DNA of 64,000 nt from an uncultured Coriobacteriaceae bacterium (GCA_944320725.1 CALUIM010000008.1:94385-158384); one strand, 5' to 3'; shown: positions 17,847 through 28,540, counted from the stretch's first letter. Numbers and translations: made by a program. The notes: a model not told the origin generated them from the sequence alone.

Positions 17847-20273
17847 ATGAGACAGATCTTCCACGACAAATATGACTTCATCACCCAGTACCGGGCGATG
17901 GTTCGCGCCAACACCGGCAAGGAGTTCGAGGCCTGCGGCTCGCACGACCGCTTCTATGCCCTGGCCGAGCTCATTGCCACGCGTGCGCGCCGCATCGCGA
18001 GCGAGAACGAGCTCGAGTTCGAGCGCACGGGCAAAAAGCGCGTGTACTACTTCTCACTCGAGTTCCTCATCGGTCGCTTGCTCGACAACTACCTACTGAA
18101 CTTCGGTATCCGCGACATGGTCGAGGAAGCGCTCGAGGAGATGGGCACCACCCTCGAGGAGCTCGAGGTCCGCGAGCCCGACGCCGCGCTCGGCAACGGC
18201 GGCCTGGGCCGTCTGGCCGCGTGCTTCCTGGCTTCCGCCGCGCATGAGAACATTGCCTTCTACGGCAACGGCATGCGCTATGAGTACGGCCTCTTCAAGC
18301 AGGAGATCGTCAACGGCCGTCAGGTCGAGGTTGCCGATAACTGGCTCAAGCACGGCTATCCGTGGGAGTCGCGTCGCCCCGAGAGCGCGGTCGAGATTGT
18401 CTTCGGTGGCAAGAGCGTGGGCTACGAGAAGGACGGCCGCACCATGTACCGCACCGAGGGCGGCCAGAAGATCCTCGCGGTCCCCTATGACATTCCCGTG
18501 GTTGCCTACGGCGGCGGCCTCGTGAACAAGCTGCGCGTCTGGAAGGCCGAGCCCAACGAGGACCTCTTCGACCTCGACGCCTTCAACAGCGGTAACTATG
18601 CCGAGGCGAACGCCGGTCGTGCCGAGGCCGAAGCCATCTCGACCATCCTCTACCCCGCCGACGGCGGCGAGCATGGCAAGATCTTGCGCCTCAAGCAGGA
18701 GTACCTGTTCGTGGCAGCCGGCATCAACTCCATCCTCAACACGTTCCGCAACGAGCATGGCACCGAGTGGGAGAAACTGCCGCAGTACGTGGCCATTCAC
18801 ACCAACGACACCCATCCGGCCATGTGCGGCCCCGAGCTCATGCGCGTTCTCATGGACGAAGAGGGCCTGGAATGGGACGAGGCTTGGGAGATTGTCACCA
18901 AGACCGTCTCGTTCACCAACCACACCGTCCTGCCCGAGGCGCTCGAGAAGTGGCCCATCACCACGTTCAAGCCGCTCCTTCCCCGCCTCTACCAGATCAT
19001 CGAGGAGATCGCCCGCCGCTTCCGCGAGTCCTTCCCCACCGATAACCCCGAGTGGCGCGAGATGTTCCAGAAGACCGCTATCCTGTGGGACGGCGAGGTC
19101 CGCATGGCGAACCTCTCGATCGTGTGCAGCCACTCGGTGAACGGCGTGGCCGAGCTCCACACCAAGATCTTGAAAGAGCAGGTCTTCAAGGAGTTCTACG
19201 AGCTCACGCCTGCGAAGTTCAACAACAAGACCAACGGCGTGACGCATCGTCGCTTCCTCGCCGAGGCCAACCCCAGCTACGCCAAGCTCATCACCGACAC
19301 CATTGGCAAGGGCTGGCTTGACGACGCCTTCGAGCTCAAAAAGCTCGAGGCCCACGTGGACGACGAGAAGTTCCTGCGCGCCATGGCAGCCTCCAAGCGC
19401 GAGAACAAGGTGCGCCTGGCCAAGTACATCGAAGAGGTCTCCGGCGTCACCGTCGACCCCGATTCGGTCTTCGACGTGCAGGTGAAGCGCTTCCACGCCT
19501 ACAAGCGCCAGCTGCTCAACATCTTCAAGGTGATGGACGTCTACAACCGCCTCACCTCCGATTCCACCTTCACCGTGCGCCCGACCACCTTCATCTTCTC
19601 GGGCAAGGCGGCGCAGAGCTACTACTTCGCCAAGGAGGTCATCCGCCTCATCAACTCGGTGGCCGACGTGGTGAACAACGACAAGCGCGTGAACGACCTT
19701 ATCAAGGTTGCGTTCATCCCCAACTTCCGCGTCTCGAACGCCCAGCTCATCTACTCCGCCGCCGAGATCTCCGAACAGATCTCCACGGCCGGCCAGGAGG
19801 CCTCGGGCACGTCGAACATGAAGCTCATGATGAACGGCGCGATCACGCTCGGCACGCTCGACGGCGCTAACATCGAGATCGCCGACCTCGCCGGGCGCGA
19901 CAACGTCAAGATCTTCGGTCTCACCGAGCCCGAGGTCGTTGCCCTGCAGCAGAGCGGCCACTACTTCTCGTGGGATGAGTACAACGCCGACCGCGACCGC
20001 TTGGGCCGCTGCGTCGACGAGCTCACCGACACCACGTTCTCCGGCCTCTCCGGCACGTTCGACTCCATCCGTCGCGAGCTCATGGACAACAACGACCACG
20101 ACCTCGTCCTCAAGGATTTCCACTCCTATGTGAAGGCGTGGGAGGAGCTGGTCGAGAGCTACGACGACACGCTCGCCTGGAACCGCATGGCGCTGTACAA
20201 CACGGCCAACTCGGGACACTTCTCGAGCGACCGCACCATTCGCGAGTATCGCGACGAGATCTGGGGAGCGTGA
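17847..20273 (+). CDS. glgP: Glycogen/maltodextrin phosphorylase
   Basis: PLP-site motif EASGTSNMKLMMNGA. 808 aa. SD sequence AAAGGA. Confidence 0.95.
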   Translation: MRQIFHDKYDFITQYRAMVRANTGKEFEACGSHDRFYALAELIATRARRIASENELEFERTGKKRVYYFSLEFLIGRLLDNYLLNFGIRDMVEEALEEMGTTLEELEVREPDAALGNGGLGRLAACFLASAAHENIAFYGNGMRYEYGLFKQEIVNGRQVEVADNWLKHGYPWESRRPESAVEIVFGGKSVGYEKDGRTMYRTEGGQKILAVPYDIPVVAYGGGLVNKLRVWKAEPNEDLFDLDAFNSGNYAEANAGRAEAEAISTILYPADGGEHGKILRLKQEYLFVAAGINSILNTFRNEHGTEWEKLPQYVAIHTNDTHPAMCGPELMRVLMDEEGLEWDEAWEIVTKTVSFTNHTVLPEALEKWPITTFKPLLPRLYQIIEEIARRFRESFPTDNPEWREMFQKTAILWDGEVRMANLSIVCSHSVNGVAELHTKILKEQVFKEFYELTPAKFNNKTNGVTHRRFLAEANPSYAKLITDTIGKGWLDDAFELKKLEAHVDDEKFLRAMAASKRENKVRLAKYIEEVSGVTVDPDSVFDVQVKRFHAYKRQLLNIFKVMDVYNRLTSDSTFTVRPTTFIFSGKAAQSYYFAKEVIRLINSVADVVNNDKRVNDLIKVAFIPNFRVSNAQLIYSAAEISEQISTAGQEASGTSNMKLMMNGAITLGTLDGANIEIADLAGRDNVKIFGLTEPEVVALQQSGHYFSWDEYNADRDRLGRCVDELTDTTFSGLSGTFDSIRRELMDNNDHDLVLKDFHSYVKAWEELVESYDDTLAWNRMALYNTANSGHFSSDRTIREYRDEIWGA

Positions 20274-20385
20274 TCGACGACAGGAGGACATACATAGGGG
20301 GCATCGCCGGAGCGCACCTGCCATGCGCATCCGTTCGATAGCAAAACACAGGTACGTTTGGCACGGGTTTTGAAGGAGAACACCG

Positions 20386-21531
20386 ATGAGTAAGAAAGAA
20401 TGCATCGCAATGCTCCTCGCCGGAGGACAAGGCAGCAGGCTGGGGGCGCTCACATCGAAGATCGCCAAGCCGGCCGTCTCCTTTGGCGGGAAGTACAGAA
20501 TCATCGACTTCACGCTGTCGAACTGCGCGAATTCGGGTATCGACACAGTGGGCGTGCTCACGCAGTATCGCCCCTACCGTCTCCATGCCTACCTTGGTTC
20601 CGGCGCTGCTTGGGACCTCGATGAGCTGGGCGGCGGCGTGTCGATCCTGCCTCCGTATGCTACGCAGGACGGTGGCGCGTGGTACGCCGGTACGGCCGAT
20701 GCCGTGACCCAGAACCTCGACTACATCAAGTCGCATGACCCCAAGTACGTGCTCATTCTTTCCGGCGACGCCCTCTATCGCATGGACTATCGCGCCATGC
20801 TCGCCACGCACGTCGATAACAACGCCGACCTGACCGTCGCGGTCATGCCCGTGCCGTGGGAGGACGCAAGCCGCTTTGGCATCCTCACGGCCGACGAGGA
20901 CAAGCGCATCCAGAAGTTCACCGAGAAGCCTGAGAAGCCCGATTCGAATCTCGCGTCCATGGGCATCTACATCTTCACCGCCGACTTCCTCATCAAGACG
21001 CTCGAGGAGGACGCGCTCGACCAGCGCTCCAGCCACGACTTTGGCGGCGACATCATCCCCAAGGCCCTCGCCGACGGCAAGCGCCTGTTCGTGCATGAGT
21101 ACAACGGCTTTTGGAAAGACGTGGGCACCATCGCGAGCTACCACGAGACCTCGATGGACCTCTTGGGCGCCGACCCGCTGTTCGACCTCTATGACAACGA
21201 GACGCCCATCATGTCCAACGACACGACGCGTCCTCCGCACTACATTGGCCCCGACGGCCGCGTCGACGACTGCCTGGTCTCCAACGGCTGCAAGATCATG
21301 GGCACCGCACGCCACTCCATCCTCTCCACCGATGCGGTGGTCGAGGAGCGCGCCATCGTCGAGGACTCGGTCCTGCTGCCCGGCGCCGTCGTGAAGAGCG
21401 GTGCGCACGTGAGCCGCGCCATCCTGGGCGAGAACTCCATCGTCGAGGAGGGCGTCAAGCTCGGAAGCGTCGATATCACGAAGGACACCGCCGTCGTTGG
21501 AAACGACGTCGTCATCGGGAAGGGGGAATGA
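20386..21531 (+). CDS. glgC: Glucose-1-phosphate adenylyltransferase, catalytic subunit
   Basis: [13 protein letters not shown] and [15 protein letters not shown] motifs. SD sequence AAGGAG. Confidence 0.95.
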   Translation: MSKKECIAMLLAGGQGSRLGALTSKIAKPAVSFGGKYRIIDFTLSNCANSGIDTVGVLTQYRPYRLHAYLGSGAAWDLDELGGGVSILPPYATQDGGAWYAGTADAVTQNLDYIKSHDPKYVLILSGDALYRMDYRAMLATHVDNNADLTVAVMPVPWEDASRFGILTADEDKRIQKFTEKPEKPDSNLASMGIYIFTADFLIKTLEEDALDQRSSHDFGGDIIPKALADGKRLFVHEYNGFWKDVGTIASYHETSMDLLGADPLFDLYDNETPIMSNDTTRPPHYIGPDGRVDDCLVSNGCKIMGTARHSILSTDAVVEERAIVEDSVLLPGAVVKSGAHVSRAILGENSIVEEGVKLGSVDITKDTAVVGNDVVIGKGE

Positions 21532-21535
21532 ACCG

Positions 21536-22642
21536 ATGATCAACCGCAAGGCCATCGGCTACATCACTGCTAACTATTCCGGCAGCACCCCGAGCAAGCT
21601 GCTCGAGGATCGTCCGCTCGCATCCGTGCCGTTCATCGGACGCTATCGTCTCATCGATTTCCCGCTGTCCAACATGACCAACGCCGGCATCAAGACCGTC
21701 GGTCTCGTTATGCCGGGCAACTATCGTTCGATCATCGACCATGTGGGCCATGGCAAGGACTGGATGCTCGACCGCAAGAAGGGTGGCCTGTTCCTGCTGC
21801 CGGGTAACCCCTACGGCACCACGAAGCGCGGCATGCGCTTCCTGCTGCGCGACATCATCTCCAACAAGTCGCTCTTCCAGCGCTCCGACAAGCCCTATGT
21901 GGTGATGATGGGCTCCAACATCATCTTCAACATGGATCTCAACGCCATCATCGATGCCCATGAGGCGTCCGGCGCCGGCATCACGATGATCTATGTGAAG
22001 GCTGAGCGCGCGCACAACGACATCAACGCGCTCAACATCGGCGATCGTGGCCGCGTCCAGTCCATCAAGGTGGGCTGCGAGTACGGGGATAACAAGTTCC
22101 TCGATTGCTTCATCATCAACCGCGAGCTGCTCCTCGAGATCATCGAGAGCTACAAGAGCGCCGACTACCTCGACCTGTTCGAGGCCATCGCAGGCGACTT
22201 CGACCGCATCGATGTGTGCAGCTACGAGTTCAAGGGCCTCGCCGTGGGCATCTTCAACGAGGAGACCTACTATCACCGCAGCATGGAGATGCTCGATCCT
22301 GCCACGAACGACCAGCTCTTCATGAAGGATCGCCCCATCCGCACCAAGGCCCACGATGCGCCTCCGGCGAAGTATTCCTCGGGCAGCAACGCCACCAACT
22401 CCCTCATCTCGGCCGGTTGCCAGATCGAGGGCACGGTGCGCGGCTCGATCCTGTCCCGTGGCGTCACCGTCGCCAGCGGCGCGAGCGTCACGAACAGCAT
22501 CGTCATGCAGGGTGTGAAGATTGAGACCGGTGCGCGCGTTGAGAACGCCATCGTCGATAAGAACAACATCATCCCCGCCAACACCGAGCTTCGTGGAACG
22601 CCCGATTCGATCTTGGTCATCGGTAAGGCACCCATCGAGTAA
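21536..22642 (+). CDS. glgD: Glucose-1-phosphate adenylyltransferase, regulatory GlgD-type subunit
   Basis: Paralog of GlgC (GRYRLIDFPLSNMTNAGI) that lacks the GGxGxRL loop. ATG 21536 lies 4 nt after the glgC stop and is preceded by GGGAAGGGGGAA. Confidence 0.85.
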   Translation: MINRKAIGYITANYSGSTPSKLLEDRPLASVPFIGRYRLIDFPLSNMTNAGIKTVGLVMPGNYRSIIDHVGHGKDWMLDRKKGGLFLLPGNPYGTTKRGMRFLLRDIISNKSLFQRSDKPYVVMMGSNIIFNMDLNAIIDAHEASGAGITMIYVKAERAHNDINALNIGDRGRVQSIKVGCEYGDNKFLDCFIINRELLLEIIESYKSADYLDLFEAIAGDFDRIDVCSYEFKGLAVGIFNEETYYHRSMEMLDPATNDQLFMKDRPIRTKAHDAPPAKYSSGSNATNSLISAGCQIEGTVRGSILSRGVTVASGASVTNSIVMQGVKIETGARVENAIVDKNNIIPANTELRGTPDSILVIGKAPIE

Positions 22643-22768
22643 AATCTCGGTAAAAGATTGCGGCGTCTCACCCATCATGTGGCGGTGAATCGCTCATACT
22701 TGGATGAATCGCCGTCCGTTCACGCGGGCGGCGATTCTCGAACATCTAGCGTTCAGGGAGAGATGTAC

Positions 22769-24919
22769 ATGTCAAAGAAACTGCAGATTGCGTTCGCCTC
22801 GGCAGAGGCGGCGCCCTTCGTAAAGACCGGTGGCCTCGGCGACGTTGCGGGTGAGCTGCCCCGCGCACTTAAGAAGGCGGGTGCCGACGTGGTGGTGCTC
22901 GTGCCGAAGTACTCCACCATCCCGTCTGAGTACAAAGACCAGATGGAGCACGTGGGCGAGTTCTACGTAAGCCTGGGTTGGCGCAACGAGTACTGCGGCC
23001 TCGAGCGTCTCATGGTCGACGGTGTGCCGTACTACTTCCTCGATAACGAGCATTACTTCGATCGCAGCTATCCTTATGGCTTCTTCGACGACGGCGAGCG
23101 CTTCGCGTTCTTCTCCAAAGCTGTTACCGAGTGCCTCCAGTACCTGCCCGGCGACTTCCAATGCGACGTTCTGCATTGCAACGACTGGCACACCGCCATG
23201 GCGCCCGTGTTTTTGCGCGAGTTCTACCAGGGTCTGCCGCTCTATGAGCGCGTGAAGACGGTCTTCACCATCCACAACATCGCGTTCCAGGGCCAGTTCT
23301 CCGATAAGATGCTCAACGATGTGCTGGGTCTCGCCCACATTCCCGCCGCTGCCGGCCAGCTGCGCTGCGATGCGAGCTCCATCAACTTCATGCAGGGTGC
23401 CCTGCGCTACACCGATGCCATCACCACGGTGAGCCCCACCTACGCACGCGAGATCAAGTCGTCCGATTATGGCGAGGGCCTCGACTGGGTGCTGCGCCAG
23501 CGCTCCGATGTCCTGTCGGGCATCCTGAACGGCTGCGACCCCGCACTCAACGATCCCGAGACCGATACCAAGATCGCCGCGAACTACGGCGTGGGCAACA
23601 TGGCCGGTAAGGCCGCGTGCAAGCGCGCACTGCAGGAGGAGCTCGGCCTCGAGGTCCGCGACGACCGTCCGCTCATGGTTATGGTCACGCGCCTCACCCG
23701 CCAGAAGGGTCTCGACCTGGTGACCTACTCGCTCGATCGCATCCTCTCCGGTGGCGTGCAGGTAGCTGTTCTCGGTACCGGCGACCGCGCCTATGAGGAC
23801 GCCATGCACTACTTCGCGAACAAGTACCCCGGCACCATGGCGGCTCGCATCACCTTCGATTCCGCGCTGTCCCGCCGCATGTACGCCGGCGCCGACATGT
23901 TCCTCATGCCGTCGCTCTTCGAGCCCTGCGGCCTCTCACAGATTATCGCGATGCGCTACGGCACGCTTCCCATCGTGCGCGAGACCGGCGGTCTGCGCGA
24001 TACCGTGATCCCCTACAACTACGTCACCGGTGAGGGCACCGGCTTCTCGTTCGCTAACTTCAACGGCGACGAGATGGGCGATGCCGTCTTCCGTGGCGCC
24101 CGTCTGTTCTGGGACGATCACGAGGCGTGGAACAAGCTCGTCGAGCAGGCCATGAAGGCCGATTTCAGCTGGACGCGCTCCGCAGGCGAGTACATCGACC
24201 TTTACCTGCGCCTCCATCCCGACACCGAGGTCCAGCCCGAGCCGGAGCCCGCTCCCGAGCCGAAGGCCGAGCCCGAGGTGAAGCCCGAGGCCAAGCCGGA
24301 GCCGAAGGCTGAACCCGTTGCCAAGGCAGAGCCGAAGCCGGAGCCCAAGCCCGAGCCGAAGGCCGAGCCCAAGCCAGAGCCCAAGCCCGCTGAGAAGCCG
24401 GCTGAGGCACCGAAGGCTGCTGCCAAACCCGCAGCCAAGAAGGCTCCTGCCAAGAAGGCTGCGCCCACGAAGGCTACCGCCGCCAAGACGCCTGCTGCGA
24501 AAGCCACTGCCACGAAGGCTGCAGCCACCAAGACCGCTGCCGCCAAGACCACCGCGGCAAAGCCGGCTGCAACCAAGACGGCTACGAAGCCCACGGCGAA
24601 GCCGGCAACCGCTAAGGCGGCCGCGCCTAAGGCAACCGCTAAGGCGGCCGCGCCTAAGGCAACTGCGCCTAAGGCTGCGGCAACGAAGACCGCCGCGACC
24701 AAGACCGCGGCAAAGAAGCCTGCAGCAAAGACCGCGACCGCCGCGAAGCCGGCAGCTAAGACCGCTGCCAAGAGCACGGCAAAGGCTGCTGCCACTACAA
24801 CGGCGACCACCACGGCGGCCAAGGCAAAGGCGGCCGCAAAGCCTGCCACCAAGGCGGCTTCGGCTAAGCCTGCCACCAAGGCAACGCGCAAGCCGTCTTC
24901 ACGCAAGAGCAACGCCTAA
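22769..24919 (+). CDS. glgA: Glycogen synthase (GT5) with a roughly 235-aa low-complexity C-terminal tail
   Basis: [17 protein letters not shown] and [11 protein letters not shown] motifs. Start at MSKKLQ after GGGAGAG. The tail begins near nt 24214. Confidence 0.9.
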   Translation: MSKKLQIAFASAEAAPFVKTGGLGDVAGELPRALKKAGADVVVLVPKYSTIPSEYKDQMEHVGEFYVSLGWRNEYCGLERLMVDGVPYYFLDNEHYFDRSYPYGFFDDGERFAFFSKAVTECLQYLPGDFQCDVLHCNDWHTAMAPVFLREFYQGLPLYERVKTVFTIHNIAFQGQFSDKMLNDVLGLAHIPAAAGQLRCDASSINFMQGALRYTDAITTVSPTYAREIKSSDYGEGLDWVLRQRSDVLSGILNGCDPALNDPETDTKIAANYGVGNMAGKAACKRALQEELGLEVRDDRPLMVMVTRLTRQKGLDLVTYSLDRILSGGVQVAVLGTGDRAYEDAMHYFANKYPGTMAARITFDSALSRRMYAGADMFLMPSLFEPCGLSQIIAMRYGTLPIVRETGGLRDTVIPYNYVTGEGTGFSFANFNGDEMGDAVFRGARLFWDDHEAWNKLVEQAMKADFSWTRSAGEYIDLYLRLHPDTEVQPEPEPAPEPKAEPEVKPEAKPEPKAEPVAKAEPKPEPKPEPKAEPKPEPKPAEKPAEAPKAAAKPAAKKAPAKKAAPTKATAAKTPAAKATATKAAATKTAAAKTTAAKPAATKTATKPTAKPATAKAAAPKATAKAAAPKATAPKAAATKTAATKTAAKKPAAKTATAAKPAAKTAAKSTAKAAATTTATTTAAKAKAAAKPATKAASAKPATKATRKPSSRKSNA
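24607..24660 (+). repeat. Perfect 27-bp tandem duplication inside the glgA tail
   Basis: AACCGCTAAGGCGGCCGCGCCTAAGGC occurs twice (24607-24633 and 24634-24660), followed by a partial third copy. It encodes TAKAAAPKA twice. Confidence 0.9.
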
Positions 24920-24954
24920 GGCACGCCTCGTACAACTCGCACGCATGAGCGTTT

Positions 24955-24984
24955 CGGGGTCTGGGAAACCGGACCCCGTTTTTT
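24955..24984 (+). terminator. Intrinsic terminator after glgA
   Basis: CGGGGTC ... GACCCCG followed by TTTTTT. Confidence 0.8.
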
Positions 24985-25117
24985 GCGTACACCGCGCCAG
25001 GAACGCTACGCGCAAATCGCCGCAGGTTTCTCCCCCGGTACGCTTTGCGATACTCGACAGTTTCCTTATACTTGTTGATTGCTGTCGAGACACATCGTCA
25101 TCATAGAGGGAACGACT

Positions 25118-28100
25118 ATGAGATTGATTCATAACAGCAGGCGGTCCTGCTTCCGCGCGCCGTACGGCGCCGTCGAGACGGGCACCACCGTCACGCTCTC
25201 CGTGCGCGTGGAGGATGCGCCGGCCGCGTGCACGCTCACGCTGCGCACGTGGGTCGACGAAGAGGGCGAGCGCCTGCATGAGATGCACCCGGGAGCTGAT
25301 GGCCTGTTCAGCGCTACGATAGACTGCGTACGTCCCGCCATCATTTGGTACAGCTTCCATGCAAGCTGGGAGGAGACCGTTGACGGCGAGACCGTGTGTC
25401 GCGCGCTTCACCTTGGTGCCCCCGAGGGCCATACCGGCGGCGAAGGCGTCATGTACGATTACGCCGACGTCCCATCATTTCAGATCACCGTCTACGAGCA
25501 CCGCGCAACGCGTCCCTCGTGGTATGAGAACGGCATGGTCTACCAGATCTTCCCCGATCGCTACCGCCGCGACGCCGCATGGCGCGAGCGCGCCGAGCGC
25601 GTGGTAGCCGAGCCGCGCGCCGGCATTGGCAAGCGTATCGTTGAAGACTGGAACGAGCCTCCCGTATACGACCGCGCGGAGGACATGTCGATCAAAACCT
25701 GGGACTTCTACGGCGGCTCGCTCAAGGGTATCACCGGTGACCTCGACCGACTCGCCGAGCTCGGCATCACCGCCATCTACCTCAATCCCATCTTCGAAGC
25801 TGCGAGCAACCACCGCTACGACACGGGCGATTACCTGAAGATCGACCCCATGCTCGGTACCGAGGACGATTTCCGCGAGCTCTGCCGCGAAGCCGAGCGG
25901 CGCGGGATCTCCATCATCCTCGACGGCGTGTTCAACCACACCGGCGACGACTCGCTCTACTTCAACCGCTACGGCAACTACCCCGGCGAGGGCGCGTGGG
26001 AGCATCCCGATTCGCCGTGGCGCGATGCGTTCCGGTTCCATGAGGATGGCACCTACGACTGCTGGTGGGGCATCACCAACATGCCCGCCCTAAACTCGGA
26101 GTCGCCGCGTGTGCGCGAGCTCTTGCTGGGCGAGGACGGCGTCATCCGTCATTGGACGCGCGCCGGCGCCCGCGGCTGGCGCCTCGATGTGGCCGACGAG
26201 CTTACCGACGACCTCATCGAGCAGATCAAGACGACGCTCATGGACGAGCGCCCCGATGGTCTCTTACTGGGCGAGGTCTGGGAGGACGCGTCGAACAAGA
26301 TCAGCTATAGCAAGCTTCGTCGCTATTTGCTGGGCAGCGAGCTCGACTCGGCGATGAACTACCCGTTCCGCGACATGGTCATCGGTTTTCTCATGGGCAC
26401 GATGTCGGCCGCCGATGCCGCCGAGGTCATCGAGTCGCTCAGCGAAAACTATCCGCCCGAAGCCCTCGCCTGCTGCCTCAACCTGCTAGGAAGCCACGAC
26501 CGGCCCCGCATCGCGTCGCTGCTTGGCGGCGGCCCCGACGAGTCGAAGCTCCCCGAGGAAGAGCGCGGGCGGTGGCGTCTCTCGCCCGAGGCCATGGGCC
26601 TTGCGAAGGGCCGCTTCTGGCTTGCCAGCCTCATGCAGATGACATTCCCGGGCGTGCCTTCCATCTACTACGGCGACGAGTACTGCTTGGAGGGTCTCTC
26701 CGATCCTGGCAACCGCCGCACCCTGCCGCTTGAGGAGGATATCCGCGACCGCGATATGCTCACCATCGTGAAGAATGCCGCCGCGGTGCGCCGTGCGCTC
26801 CCCTTCATGGTCAACGGCACCATCCAGGCGCAGGCGCTTAGCGAGCACGTGCTTGCCTACACGCGGCGCGGTGAGGACGGCGAGGCCGCAACGGTCATCA
26901 TCAACCGCAGCAACACCGAGGGTGCCTGCGTGCGCATCCCCTGCCTTAGCGAGGCGGCCACCGACATCGTCTCGGGCAACGAACTCCCGGTGCGAGACGA
27001 CGGCACCGTTGAGGTGCAGCTCTGGCCCTTCGGCTCGGCGGTCATCTACTTCCATGCGCACGACCGCCTGCAAAAGCCGCTAGAGCGCGGCGCGGGCGTC
27101 GTGTGCCACATCACCTCGGTTCCCAACGGCGACAAGCCGGGCACCTTGGGCAAACCCTCCAAGCGCTTCATCGACCACCTCGCTGCCATGGGCATGCGCT
27201 ACTGGCAGGTCCTTCCGGTGAACCCCACCGATATGTACGGCTCGCCCTACTCGGGTCCGTCTGCCTTCGCGGGTAACATCGCGCTCTTGCCACAATCCGA
27301 GGAGGAGCTGCGCGCCGCCTATGCGGCATGGGTTGCCGAGGGTGGCCCCGCGCAAGACGACGGCTACCGCATCTTCGTGCGCGAGCAGCGCGACTGGCTT
27401 GAGCCCTACTGCGCCTTCATGGCGATCAAGAAGCTCGAAGACGGCGTCTCGCGCCACGAATGGCCCGAGGAGTTCGCCAGCTATCGCCGCGAGCTGCTCC
27501 GCGATCCCCGCCTCGCCAAGGAGGCGGCCGCCCAGGCGTACCTGCAGTATCGCTTCGAGCTTGCCTGGCAAGATGTCGCGGCTTACGCCAACTACCGCAA
27601 CATCTCGATCATCGGCGACATTCCCATGTACGTCTCCGATGACTCCTCCGATGCGTGGAGCTCGCCTGAGCTCTTCAACCTCGACCGCGATGGCCGACCC
27701 ACCGAAATCGCCGGTGCGCCGCCCGATGGCTTCGCGCCCGAGGGCCAGGTCTGGGGCAATCCCACGTTCCGTTGGGACCGCATGCGCGAGACTGGGTACG
27801 CGTGGTGGCTGGGACGCCTCCGCCGTGTGTGCTCCCTCTACGACCGCGTGCGCCTCGATCACTTCCTGGGCTTCCACAACTACTTCAGCATTCCGGCGGG
27901 CCACCCCGGATCCGACGGTCGCTGGCTTCCCGGCCCGGGCAAGGAGCTCTTCGAGGCGGCGTATCGCGAGATGGGTCCGCTCCCCTTCATCGCCGAGGAT
28001 CTGGGCGTACTCACCCCCGGCGTGCGCACCCTGCTCGCCTCCTGCGGCTTCCCCGGTATGGATGTGCTCGAGTTCTCGGACTACGACGTGCGCTGCGGCC

Positions 28101-28423
28101 TGCATCCCCATGAGGGCAAGATCTTCTACACCTCTACGCACGATACCTCCACGCTGGCCGGTTTCTGCGAGCGCTCGTTTGTGGAGCCCGGTGATGTGCG
28201 TGGTGCGCGCGAGCTTGCTGCAAAGCTGGTACGCGATGCACTCGAGAGCCCTGCCGAGCTCGTCATGATGCCGCTGCAGGACATCTTGGGCCTCAACGAC
28301 GATGCGCGCATGAACGTACCGGGCGTGGCCGAGGGCAACTGGGCATGGCAGGCCCGCGAGGAAAACATCGTTGCCGCGGAGGCTTCAGTCGCCGCGCTCA
28401 TGCACGAAACCCATCGCGCCTGA
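25118..28423 (+). CDS. malQ: Fusion protein: GH13 alpha-amylase/neopullulanase-like domain plus GH77 4-alpha-glucanotransferase
   Basis: N-terminal half has GH13 regions DGVFNHT, GWRLDVADE, EVWED and LLGSHD. C-terminal half has GH77 motifs GDIPMYV, VRLDHFLGF, IAEDLG and YTSTHD. Start ATG 25118 after AGAGGGA. Confidence 0.85.
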   Translation: MRLIHNSRRSCFRAPYGAVETGTTVTLSVRVEDAPAACTLTLRTWVDEEGERLHEMHPGADGLFSATIDCVRPAIIWYSFHASWEETVDGETVCRALHLGAPEGHTGGEGVMYDYADVPSFQITVYEHRATRPSWYENGMVYQIFPDRYRRDAAWRERAERVVAEPRAGIGKRIVEDWNEPPVYDRAEDMSIKTWDFYGGSLKGITGDLDRLAELGITAIYLNPIFEAASNHRYDTGDYLKIDPMLGTEDDFRELCREAERRGISIILDGVFNHTGDDSLYFNRYGNYPGEGAWEHPDSPWRDAFRFHEDGTYDCWWGITNMPALNSESPRVRELLLGEDGVIRHWTRAGARGWRLDVADELTDDLIEQIKTTLMDERPDGLLLGEVWEDASNKISYSKLRRYLLGSELDSAMNYPFRDMVIGFLMGTMSAADAAEVIESLSENYPPEALACCLNLLGSHDRPRIASLLGGGPDESKLPEEERGRWRLSPEAMGLAKGRFWLASLMQMTFPGVPSIYYGDEYCLEGLSDPGNRRTLPLEEDIRDRDMLTIVKNAAAVRRALPFMVNGTIQAQALSEHVLAYTRRGEDGEAATVIINRSNTEGACVRIPCLSEAATDIVSGNELPVRDDGTVEVQLWPFGSAVIYFHAHDRLQKPLERGAGVVCHITSVPNGDKPGTLGKPSKRFIDHLAAMGMRYWQVLPVNPTDMYGSPYSGPSAFAGNIALLPQSEEELRAAYAAWVAEGGPAQDDGYRIFVREQRDWLEPYCAFMAIKKLEDGVSRHEWPEEFASYRRELLRDPRLAKEAAAQAYLQYRFELAWQDVAAYANYRNISIIGDIPMYVSDDSSDAWSSPELFNLDRDGRPTEIAGAPPDGFAPEGQVWGNPTFRWDRMRETGYAWWLGRLRRVCSLYDRVRLDHFLGFHNYFSIPAGHPGSDGRWLPGPGKELFEAAYREMGPLPFIAEDLGVLTPGVRTLLASCGFPGMDVLEFSDYDVRCGLHPHEGKIFYTSTHDTSTLAGFCERSFVEPGDVRGARELAAKLVRDALESPAELVMMPLQDILGLNDDARMNVPGVAEGNWAWQAREENIVAAEASVAALMHETHRA

Positions 28424-28515
28424 TTCGCCCACGGTGACTCAAGACGTGTGGAGCATGCAAGATGCCTTGCCATGCCGCCGCGCTTTTGGGTACAGTACGT
28501 AAGGTCAAACTGAAA

Positions 28516-28540
28516 GCGGCGCCCGCGCGCGCCGCTTCTT
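28516..28540 (+). terminator. Terminator-like hairpin after the glycogen cluster
   Basis: GCGGCGC-CCGCGC-GCGCCGC followed by TTCTT. It sits immediately before the SD of the next gene. Confidence 0.45.

Noticed and set aside
15531-23809. Series of long minus-strand ORFs (549, 822, 481, 388 and 345 aa) opposite glgB, glgP, glgC, glgD and glgA
   Set aside because: All are antisense to genes with strong family motifs and show the same biased composition. They are high-GC open-frame artefacts.
24202-25106. Alternative-frame ORFs across the glgA tail (236-aa minus strand, Ala/Val/Phe-rich; 262-aa plus strand, Pro/Arg-rich)
   Set aside because: These are products of reading repetitive GC-rich tail DNA in other frames. 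The in-frame continuation from the GlgA catalytic domain is the parsimonious reading.
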